Of a stretch of DNA of 32,000 nucleotides, positions 1-7,882 are shown in pieces. The stretch is taken from contig CAZNZM010000010.1 of the NCBI GenBank assembly GCA_964577555.1, positions 6,796-38,795 of the forward strand, given 5' to 3'. Within the stretch, counting starts at the first letter, position 1. The number at the start of each line of letters is the position of its first letter. Both the position numbers and the translations under genes were made by a program. The notes beneath the pieces were generated by a model. It did not search any database. It saw only the letters and a list, made by a program, of their open reading frames with translations, and had not been told where the DNA came from. The stretch is from an uncultured archaeon. GTDB lineage: Archaea > Iainarchaeota > Iainarchaeia > Iainarchaeales > Iainarchaeaceae.

Positions 1-2200
1 TTACATCAATTTGCTCAGCCATTCCGGTGGTTTCAGCATCTCTGCCCTCGTGTTGAGATTTTCTTGGCCTAATAGCCATGACAAAAGCCCTGCTTGTTTC
101 TTCTCGCCTGTCGCCTGTCAAAGCCACGCCAACAGGCAAAGTTTTAATGAAATTCGGGGCTCTGTATTTTCTTGGAATTATCGTAGGAGTTCTTTTGAAA
201 ACAGCTTTTATGTCATCGTCAAATATCAATTTATGAGTAATTATTATGTCTAATTGACTTAGAACTTTTGTATTTATTGCGGAAGGCTGTTGCGTTGCAA
301 AGACAACCGAAAGTCCGGGCCTTCTTCCTTGTTTTACATACTCAATGAGCCCTTGAGTAGCCGCGGTTATTTCATTTCCGCTTGGTATAAGGGTATGTGC
401 TTCATCTATGAATAGCCAAGTCGGGGGGATTTCAAGCTCCAAGAGTTCATTCATGCTTAAAGACTTGAATTTGTTGGCTGCTTCTTTTCTTGTTGATATT
501 TTTCTTGCAGCAAGCAGTCTTCTTGAAAGTATTCCAATAACAAGAGCAGTTACGTTGTCTTCCAAGAATGAAGTATCCAATATTGTTAATTGTCCTTCTC
601 TGGATAGTTCTCCAAGTGCCGTGCCCTTTTCGTGGAAAATACCCCAACTCTTTGCAGCTTCAAATCTGCTTACAATTGCTCTTATTGAATCAGGTTTGTA
701 TCCTTTGTCCTTGCTATTAAGTTCGGAATCTGTTTCAAGGCACTCAATAAGGTCATCCAAAGAATAATTAGCACCTTTTGGCTGGACTTTTACATTTCCT
801 TCTATTTTTTTGTATCCTTTTTCCACTTTTTTCAAAACCTTGTCAAGCAAAAGCCCAGAAACCGAAAACCTATCAACTCCAAAAGTCAAAGCCCAATCTT
901 CGCTTGTAAGCAATGAAGGCTTTATTGAAAATCCAGCGTCATAAGTTGATTTTGGCACTTGCCCTTTCATTCCTTCAGGTATAAAAACTTTGACATTGTT
1001 CAAACCTTTGGCATCCAAACCCCATTCTTTAAGCTTTTCAATCTCTTTTTGGTCTTTATTTGGAAACCTCATAGACCAAAAAACACCGATTGGATCAACT
1101 ACTATAATACCTACATTTTTGTTTTTTTCCGCTAGCTCTTCAGCTATTACACCCAAAACGTATGATTTTCCAGAACCCCTTGCGCCGCAAACAAATACCA
1201 CGTGTGGATTAAGAGAGTCAAGATAAACATCCCAATCTTCAAATTCTTTTTCTTTCACTTTCCCAACATGCAACCCGCCTTCAAATTTATAATTTGCAAA
1301 AACACTGGCTTTTCTGCCAATAAAAACCGCTTTTTTTTCGTTGTCTGAAAGAAAAGAAAGTTTTGTCTCTTCCTGCAAAACTTCTTCAGGTTGTACGTTA
1401 GTCGCGGATTTGTCAGCTTTTTCCAAAATCACTTTTTTTATTTCTTCCTTGCTGGGCGCAACGTATTTTTTTTCCTCGCGAGAATAATGGTCTACATCAA
1501 AATCAAATTCTTCATCATCCCAATCTTCAGGGCTTTTTTCATCTTCGTTTTCATCAAAATCTGGATAATCCTCTTCATCAGCAATTTCATCGTCATTGTC
1601 TTCGATTGTTTCATCTTCTCTAGGCGTTGTTTTGTTTTTTTCTTCTTGCATTTGATTTTTTTTGTGTTGATTGTTTTGTTTCGTTTCGTTTTCTTTTGTT
1701 GTTTTTTCGCTTTTCTTGTCTTTGCTAGGTTCTGCTAATTCTTTTTCAACAATTGTTTTGTAATTGTCTTTTTCCTCTTCTTCTTGTGCTTGGTTTTGTT
1801 GATTTATTGTTTGGTTGTTTTCTTCTTGTGTTTGCTTTTGTTCTTCTGTTTTGTTTTTTTCCGCAGCATGTTCAACTTTTTTTGTATTGTTTGATTCGCT
1901 CTTTTGTTTTTTTTTCTTTTTTTCTTCAACCCATTCTTCCGCACCATATTCCTCCAAATATTCTTCCTCTTCTTCGCTGTCTGAAAAATCCATCCATTCG
2001 CTTTTCATTGTTTTTTCAGCTTCTTTTTCTTCATAGTCTTCTGGCATTATCTCCTTTTCATTATTGTCAATAGCTTGGCGCAAAGATTCAACTTTTGATT
2101 GCTTTTCGTTGTCTTTTAGCATTTCCTCAAAAATATCAACGGTGTTTTTATCGTCCTTTTCAGGTTTGTTTTTATGGTTTTTTTCATATTCTTCGTTCAT
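1..2200 (-). CDS. HerA/FtsK-superfamily (DUF87-type) ATPase, C-terminus cut by the left window edge, with a long low-complexity N-terminal extension
   Basis: Absent from the ORF track because it runs off the edge. I translated the minus strand by hand from the ATG at 2200-2198 and checked triplets from 2200 down to about 1200 for in-frame stops; none found. A complete minus ORF would have been listed if a stop existed further on. Walker A VFVCGARGSGKSYVLG (about 1150-1200), VVDPIGVFW, Walker B WLFIDEAHTLIP (about 395-420), VVFATQQPSAI. The first ~250 codons are E/K/D/N/Q low complexity. Confidence 0.8.
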   Translation of the reverse strand, partial: MNEEYEKNHKNKPEKDDKNTVDIFEEMLKDNEKQSKVESLRQAIDNNEKEIMPEDYEEKEAEKTMKSEWMDFSDSEEEEEYLEEYGAEEWVEEKKKKKQKSESNNTKKVEHAAEKNKTEEQKQTQEENNQTINQQNQAQEEEEKDNYKTIVEKELAEPSKDKKSEKTTKENETKQNNQHKKNQMQEEKNKTTPREDETIEDNDDEIADEEDYPDFDENEDEKSPEDWDDEEFDFDVDHYSREEKKYVAPSKEEIKKVILEKADKSATNVQPEEVLQEETKLSFLSDNEKKAVFIGRKASVFANYKFEGGLHVGKVKEKEFEDWDVYLDSLNPHVVFVCGARGSGKSYVLGVIAEELAEKNKNVGIIVVDPIGVFWSMRFPNKDQKEIEKLKEWGLDAKGLNNVKVFIPEGMKGQVPKSTYDAGFSIKPSLLTSEDWALTFGVDRFSVSGLLLDKVLKKVEKGYKKIEGNVKVQPKGANYSLDDLIECLETDSELNSKDKGYKPDSIRAIVSRFEAAKSWGIFHEKGTALGELSREGQLTILDTSFLEDNVTALVIGILSRRLLAARKISTRKEAANKFKSLSMNELLELEIPPTWLFIDEAHTLIPSGNEITAATQGLIEYVKQGRRPGLSVVFATQQPSAINTKVLSQLDIIITHKLIFDDDIKAVFKRTPTIIPRKYRAPNFIKTLPVGVALTGDRREETSRAFVMAIRPRKSQHEGRDAETTGMAEQIDV

Positions 2201-2333
2201 ATTAAAACCAAATAAATAATATGCATGGATAATAAAATTATTCCTATGCAAAACATCTAAAGAACCATTGTTTTTTTGTATTCTGCTTTTTCAACACAAA
2301 CATTAATTAATAAATCGCATATTTTTTTTCTTC

Positions 2334-3524
2334 ATGGATTTTTCAAAATCCTCTGCTATTGAATTGCATTATAATTTAAAAGGCAAGCTTTCTGTCCAAT
2401 CAAAAATAAAAATAAAATCCAAAGACGAGCTTTCACTTGTCTATACTCCAGGGGTTGCCGAGCCGTGCATTGAAATAGCCAAGGACAAAAAAAAGGTTTT
2501 TGATTATACTATAAAAAGCAACACTGTTGCAGTGGTTACGGATGGAACCGCGGTTCTTGGATTAGGAGACATAGGGCCTGAAGCCTCTATTCCTGTAATG
2601 GAAGGAAAAGCCATGCTTTTCAAGGAATTTGCAGGAATAGATTCTTTTCCAATTGCTTTGGCAACAAAGGATGTGAATGAAATAGTTTCAATCATAAAAG
2701 CAATTTCACCTATTTTTGGAGGCATAAACCTTGAAGATATTTCAGCGCCAAGGTGTTTTGAAATTGAAAAAAAATTGCAAGACATAGGGATTCCAGTAAT
2801 GCATGATGACCAGCATGGGACTGCAGTAGTTGTCCAAGCGGCTCTTTCAAATGCGCTTAAAGTGGTGAAAAAAGACCCTTCTTCAGTAAAAGTTGTTGTA
2901 AGTGGTGCCGGAGCCGCTGGCACAGCAATATGCAAGCAATTGACATGTTCCGGATTTGATACTGCTCTTTGTTCCAGAGTAAAAGAAGTTTTGGTTGTTG
3001 ACAGCAATGGTATAATAAACAAAAACAGGCAGGATTTACCAAGCCACAAAAAAATGTTGGCTGAAATAACTAATCATAATGTTAAAGTAGGAAACCTTGA
3101 AGATGCATTGGTTGATGCTGATGTATTTATAGGTGTAAGCAAAGCCGGGTTGCTTACAAAAGACATGGTCAAATCAATGGCAAAAGACCCAATAATTTTT
3201 GCAATGGCTAATCCAATACCTGAAATAATGCCAAAAGATGCTATTTCTGCAGGAGCAGCCATTGTAGGAACAGGCAGAAGCGACTTTCCAAATCAAATAA
3301 ACAATGTTCTTGGATTTCCAGGAATTTTCAGAGGCGCGCTTGATGCAAAAGCCACAAAAATCACTCCGTCAATGCTGATGGCTGCATCTATTGCTCTTGC
3401 ATCTTCAATTCCAAAACCCTCAAAAGAAAATATTTTGCCAAGTCCTTTGGATAAGTCCATAGTCCCAAAAATCGCGGAAGCAGTAAAAAAACAAGCTATT
3501 GAAGAAAAGGTGACAAGAATCTAA
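2334..3524 (+). CDS. NAD(P)-dependent malic enzyme (short, MaeA/SfcA-like form)
   Basis: 396-aa ORF with LSLVYTPGVAEPC, VAVVTDGTAVLGLGDIGP, PVMEGKAMLFKEFAGID and the Rossmann motif VVSGAGAAGTA, all hallmarks of the malic enzyme family. Confidence 0.9.
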   Translation: MDFSKSSAIELHYNLKGKLSVQSKIKIKSKDELSLVYTPGVAEPCIEIAKDKKKVFDYTIKSNTVAVVTDGTAVLGLGDIGPEASIPVMEGKAMLFKEFAGIDSFPIALATKDVNEIVSIIKAISPIFGGINLEDISAPRCFEIEKKLQDIGIPVMHDDQHGTAVVVQAALSNALKVVKKDPSSVKVVVSGAGAAGTAICKQLTCSGFDTALCSRVKEVLVVDSNGIINKNRQDLPSHKKMLAEITNHNVKVGNLEDALVDADVFIGVSKAGLLTKDMVKSMAKDPIIFAMANPIPEIMPKDAISAGAAIVGTGRSDFPNQINNVLGFPGIFRGALDAKATKITPSMLMAASIALASSIPKPSKENILPSPLDKSIVPKIAEAVKKQAIEEKVTRI

Positions 3525-3572
3525 TTATAAATACTCTAAAATTGATTTCTATTAATAGTTTTAAAATTTTTA

Positions 3573-3646
3573 TGGACTGAGCGGGACTTGCACCCGCCGC
3601 CTTCCGGATGCGAACCGGACGCTCTAGCTGTCTGAGCTATCAGCCC
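3573..3646 (-). tRNA. tRNA-Ala (anticodon CGC)
   Basis: Reverse complement reads GGGCTGA-TA-GCTC...GAGC-G-TCCGG-TTCGCAT-CCGGA-AGGCG-GCGGG-TGCAAGT-CCCGC-TCAGTCC-A. Clean cloverleaf with the G3:U70 alanine identity pair and A73 discriminator. No encoded CCA. Confidence 0.93.
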
Positions 3647-3736
3647 TTAAAAAAACTTTTCAAAATCATTTGGCTTGAGAAACTTATAAATAATTAGTTG
3701 TTTTTATAAAAAAAATCGCTTTTAAAAAACTCTTAT

Positions 3737-3970
3737 TCAAGGGGAACTTTCAATTATTCTTTTTCCCCTCAAATAAACTCCTATTGCAGTTATTATCGAA
3801 CCAAAACTTGTCATGTATAATAAAGTTCCGTTTGTAGAATAACCCGCCAAATGTTGTCTAATTCCTTCAATGAATGCTGATAACCCAAAACCAGCTAGTA
3901 TTACAACCAATAAATATATTGAAACGCTTTTGATTACTTGTGTTTTTATGACTTCAAATTCTTTGCTCAT
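3737..3970 (-). CDS. small hypothetical membrane protein (2 predicted TM helices)
   Basis: 77-aa ORF with two hydrophobic stretches (SVSIYLLVVILAGFGLSAFI; LLYMTSFGSIITAIGVYL). No recognisable family. Confidence 0.5.
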   Translation of the reverse strand: MSKEFEVIKTQVIKSVSIYLLVVILAGFGLSAFIEGIRQHLAGYSTNGTLLYMTSFGSIITAIGVYLRGKRIIESSP

Positions 3971-4046
3971 GTTTCAATTTAATGTTTTATTAATATTTAA
4001 ATCTTTGCAAATTCGTAATGCGAGTTTCTGCGTTTTTTTTGTGGTC

Positions 4047-5846
4047 TTATTCCCATTCTATTGTTGCAGGAGGTTTGTGTGTTACATCTAGCATTATGGC
4101 GCCAACCCCATTTATTTTCATGATTTTTGCAGCTATTTTTTTCAAAGTTTTTTCAGGCAAAGGATAGAACTTTGCAGTCATGGCTTCTTTTGAGCTAACA
4201 GGCCTTAAAACTATTCCTTCACCTTTGCCATTTAAAACAACAGGCAGAAGCACAACCGGAAACTGCCAAATATCATTTGCAATACCAGCTTTTTCTATTT
4301 CATCCATTGCAATAAAATCTGCGTTTTGTAGCTTTTTTACTCTCTTGTTTGAAAGATACGACTTGCAAAGTTTTATTGATTTTATTTTGCTTGGTGCAAC
4401 CAAAAACACAACTCTGTTAACAAAATTGAACGAATTTGTTATTATGGTTGAAACTTCTTCTATTATAGAATAATTCAATGGGCCTGATATTAAAACTGCA
4501 TTTCTATAAGTCCGGTTGTCTCCTTGCACTCCAACAGCTTTAACCGGCAATAATTTTGCCCAATAACCATAAGCTTCAATTTTTTTGTTTATGTTTTCTT
4601 CAGCTTTAATGTCAATTTTTTCATTTCCGCTGCTGCAAAGAATTCTTACAGCCAAACCAGGCCCTGGAAATGGCTGTCTATTAATCAGCTTGTCAGGCAA
4701 ACCCAATAATTTTCCTATTTTGCGAACTTCGTCTTTATAAAGTTGATTTAAAGGCTCAATTACTTTGCCTTCATTTATTAGTTTCATTATGATTGGAGCC
4801 CTGTTGTGGTGTGTTTTTATTTTATTGGAATTTTTTGTTCCGCCGGTTTCTATTGTGTCAGGATAAATTGTTCCTTGGCCTAACAACCAATATTTTTCGT
4901 CCAAATTTATTTTTTTCATTTCTTTAATTGTAATATCTACAAAAAGTTTTCCTATTATTTTTCTTTTTTTTTCAGGATCATAAACTTTCTTTAATGCTGA
5001 AAGAAAAATTTTTCCGGCATCAATAACATGAATTTTTTTAATGCCCAATTTTTCAACTTCTTTTTTTACTATTTTGCTTTCGTTTTTTCTCATAAAGCCG
5101 GTGTCAACGTGCATTGCAAACAAATTTTCCGGGCCTAATGATCTTGCAAGCAATGCAAGAGTGACTGTTGAATCAACCCCGCCACTCAAAAGAAGAAAAA
5201 CTTTTTTGTTTTTAGCCGTTTTTCGTATTTCAATTATTTTTTCTTCCAAATAATTTTCCATTGTCCATGTTGGCTTGCAATTGCATATTTTATAAACAAA
5301 ATTTGAAAGTATTTTAATTCCGTTTTCTGTATGGGTTACTTCTGGATGGAATTGCAATCCATAAATTTTTTTTGATTCGTTGGCAATAGCGGCAAATTCG
5401 CAATCCATTGTTGATGCAATCCCTGTAAAACCGTTCGGGAGAATTGTTACTTTGTCTCCATGGCTCATCCAAACAGTGAAATTGGAAGGCAAATCCTCAA
5501 AAAGCAAGTTATTTCTTGTTGACAATTTTGTCATGCCATACTCTTTTATATTTCCCTGCTCAACTTTTCCGCCAAGTTCGTGGCTTATTAATTGTTGTCC
5601 GTAACACAAACCTAAAATAGGTATCCCCAATTCAAATAATTCCTTGTTGAATTTTGGAGCTTCTTTGTCGTAAACGCTTGCAGGACCGCCGCTGAGAATT
5701 ATTCCAGAGGCTTTTTTTAATTTTTCAGTTGCCGCGGTTGGAAGCAGTATTTCAGAGTAAACATTGAGTTCTCTTATTCTTCTTGCAAGCAAATGCGTGT
5801 ATTGGCTTCCAAAATCAAGCACAATAATTTTTTCTTTGATTTCCAT
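4047..5846 (-). CDS. guaA: GMP synthase (glutamine-hydrolysing), single-chain long form
   Basis: GATase domain IIVLDFGSQYTHLLARRIRE, GLCYGQQL, FHPEV. ATP-pyrophosphatase P-loop LLLSGGVDSTV. C-terminal KPPATIEWE. The track ORF starts at a TTG (5903); the ATG at 5846 (MEIKEKIIVLDFG) is the more plausible start. Confidence 0.93.
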   Translation of the reverse strand: MEIKEKIIVLDFGSQYTHLLARRIRELNVYSEILLPTAATEKLKKASGIILSGGPASVYDKEAPKFNKELFELGIPILGLCYGQQLISHELGGKVEQGNIKEYGMTKLSTRNNLLFEDLPSNFTVWMSHGDKVTILPNGFTGIASTMDCEFAAIANESKKIYGLQFHPEVTHTENGIKILSNFVYKICNCKPTWTMENYLEEKIIEIRKTAKNKKVFLLLSGGVDSTVTLALLARSLGPENLFAMHVDTGFMRKNESKIVKKEVEKLGIKKIHVIDAGKIFLSALKKVYDPEKKRKIIGKLFVDITIKEMKKINLDEKYWLLGQGTIYPDTIETGGTKNSNKIKTHHNRAPIIMKLINEGKVIEPLNQLYKDEVRKIGKLLGLPDKLINRQPFPGPGLAVRILCSSGNEKIDIKAEENINKKIEAYGYWAKLLPVKAVGVQGDNRTYRNAVLISGPLNYSIIEEVSTIITNSFNFVNRVVFLVAPSKIKSIKLCKSYLSNKRVKKLQNADFIAMDEIEKAGIANDIWQFPVVLLPVVLNGKGEGIVLRPVSSKEAMTAKFYPLPEKTLKKIAAKIMKINGVGAIMLDVTHKPPATIEWE

Positions 5847-5925
5847 AAAATCAATTTGTGTTGTAATCAATAAATAACTTTTTATTTGCAATATGATTGG
5901 CAATTTTTAGTTGTAGCTGTCTCTA

Positions 5926-7518
5926 TTATAAATCAAACGGCACTATGCCTTGTTTGACGTATTTCTCTACAATTTCTTGGGTACAATCAGTGTCAGTATT
6001 GTACCAAGAATTAGGATCAAGTTTATATGTGCAAACTCTTGGATCGCATTTTTTGTCATCGTTAATGCAGGTGAGTGCTACTTTGACATTTTGTTGGCAT
6101 TCTTTGACGAATAACGAATGTTGAATTGATAAGCAATACTTGTCATCTTTCATTGCCACTGCATAGCGGTTATAGCATTGTTCAGTGCCACTATATTTCA
6201 ATGATCTCATTTCTTTTCTTTGAACTTTGTCGCAAACTTCTGGGACTTTTGCGTCAAGCGCGATTTTTGCATAACAATCCACGTATGCTGAATCTCTTTG
6301 GATTTTTTCGCATTTTCTTGAATCTTTGGTATCAAATGCAATATCGCTAATGCATTTTTCAAACAGTGATTGGTTTGTCCTGCTTATGCCGATGCACAAA
6401 TCTTCGTTCTTGATTTTTTTGGATGTTTCGAATATGCATTTATCTTTAAGATCTGTGTTTCCATCTATTTTTAAGCATCTTTCAATTGAATTGAAATCGG
6501 AAGCATATGCGTAATAACATTCGTTTCTTATTTTTAATTCATTTATTAATGGACAAGTTGATTCGCCATACAAGTTGGTTGCAATATATTTTATACACGA
6601 ATTTTTTAATTCATATTTCAAGTTATAACACGCTTTTACGTCTCCTCTTTTGGAAGCATACCATGCGCTGCAATAATCAAATGCATTTTCGTCTTTTACT
6701 ATGCTGCAAGAAAAATTTGTGTCTGGAACATTTGATGCGTTTTTGAAGCACTCTGCACTCAAAGCTTTGTCAACAAAGTGGTTACATTTTTCCCCATTAT
6801 TTGCCATGTTTATTTGTTTTAGGCAATCGTCTCTTGCATTTACTCCGACTATTTTATAAGTATCGCTGACTTTAAGGCAAATATCTGGGTCGTTTGTACT
6901 TGCCGCAATTCCTTTATAACATTGGTCTCTGGTTTTAGGCTCAAAAATATTTTTACAAGTATCAAATGTGCCTATTCCGTTGTAGCAATCATCTTTTTTG
7001 GCTACATCTTCTATATATTTACAAATTTTGTTGTTTTTAAGTGACTTTCCCACTGAATTATAACAATCGTCTTTGAGATATGTGTCTATGATTTTTATGC
7101 AGACGTTGTAATCAGCCATTGCAACTCCTGCCTCAAAAAAGCATCTTGACTTGAATTCTTCCGACACCAAAGTGCATGGAAATTCGGATTTGTTGGAAGT
7201 TGCGGTGTTAATAAGGCAAATTTCAGCATCAAGAGGCGGGCCAGCATTGCATTTTTCTATGCTACGAACAACTTCTACAGGCACGCCAGGGTATTTATCC
7301 AAATTTATGTCGATTATTTGCTGTTTTGCATCTTTGTTTTCGTCTTCTTTGGGTTTATTAAAATCTATTTGCTTGTTAGTGTCAATATTTTTATTTTGGT
7401 CAATTTCTTTATTTTTATCCAAATTTGGCGGGTTGTCATGTTGTTTGGTTTTTAAACAGCCAAATAATACAATAGATACGCAAAGTATTGCACAAAAAAT
7501 CAATATTTTTTTCTTCAT
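5926..7518 (-). CDS. secreted/lipid-anchored cysteine-rich tandem-repeat protein (hypothetical)
   Basis: 530-aa ORF. N-terminal signal peptide MKKKILIFCAILCVSIVLFGC with a lipobox-like LFGC, then an N/K/D/Q linker with NK-x-ID repeats. The body carries about 34 Cys (hand count) in recurring [KR]-D-x-C-[YFL] ... C-x-x-I units. TATA-like ATATTTAAATATA on the minus strand about 30-40 nt upstream of the ATG. Confidence 0.75.
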   Translation of the reverse strand: MKKKILIFCAILCVSIVLFGCLKTKQHDNPPNLDKNKEIDQNKNIDTNKQIDFNKPKEDENKDAKQQIIDINLDKYPGVPVEVVRSIEKCNAGPPLDAEICLINTATSNKSEFPCTLVSEEFKSRCFFEAGVAMADYNVCIKIIDTYLKDDCYNSVGKSLKNNKICKYIEDVAKKDDCYNGIGTFDTCKNIFEPKTRDQCYKGIAASTNDPDICLKVSDTYKIVGVNARDDCLKQINMANNGEKCNHFVDKALSAECFKNASNVPDTNFSCSIVKDENAFDYCSAWYASKRGDVKACYNLKYELKNSCIKYIATNLYGESTCPLINELKIRNECYYAYASDFNSIERCLKIDGNTDLKDKCIFETSKKIKNEDLCIGISRTNQSLFEKCISDIAFDTKDSRKCEKIQRDSAYVDCYAKIALDAKVPEVCDKVQRKEMRSLKYSGTEQCYNRYAVAMKDDKYCLSIQHSLFVKECQQNVKVALTCINDDKKCDPRVCTYKLDPNSWYNTDTDCTQEIVEKYVKQGIVPFDL

Positions 7519-7574
7519 AACACTTTTACAAATAAGATTTGTTTTATATTTAAATATTCTTGTATTGGCTGATT

Positions 7575-7882
7575 TGTAGAACTTTTTTTTAGTTTATAAA
7601 TAATCTCCTTTTTAATAATTATTTTTTTTAAGCCTTGTTTTTTTTTGTTTTAGTTGTTTTTTTGCGAGCCGTTTTTTGTCATTTTTTTGAATTCTTTTTT
7701 TTAATTATTTTTTTTGCAAGTCATTTTTTTTCAGTTGTTTTTTTTGTGAGCCGATTTTTTTAAACAATTTTTGTTTGATGTTTTATTTTTTTTGCGAACC
7801 AATTTTTTTGTTGATTGGGTTTTTTTATTTTTAAAATGTATAAATTATTTTTTGTGATTTTGTTTTTTTAGACGTTGTTTTT
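7575..7882 (+). repeat. oligo(T)-punctuated mosaic repeat island A
   Basis: Runs of T6-T10 separated by short words (gcgagcc, gtcat, gaattc, aatta, gcaagtca, cagttg, gtgagcc, gcgaacc). 7665-7749 matches 12633-12722 word for word. Lies between the PAN stop codon and the promoter of the Cys-rich gene. Confidence 0.8.

Noticed and set aside
5847-5903. N-terminal extensions in the ORF track for guaA (to 5903), msrA (to 30451), the nitroreductase (from 16996) and PEBP (to 29927)
   Set aside because: The guaA, msrA and nitroreductase extensions begin at TTG codons, add non-conserved residues ahead of the canonical family N-termini, and the msrA one sits next to the TATA box. For PEBP, the downstream ATG at 29903 has a GAGGTGAGG ribosome binding site that the 29927 start lacks.
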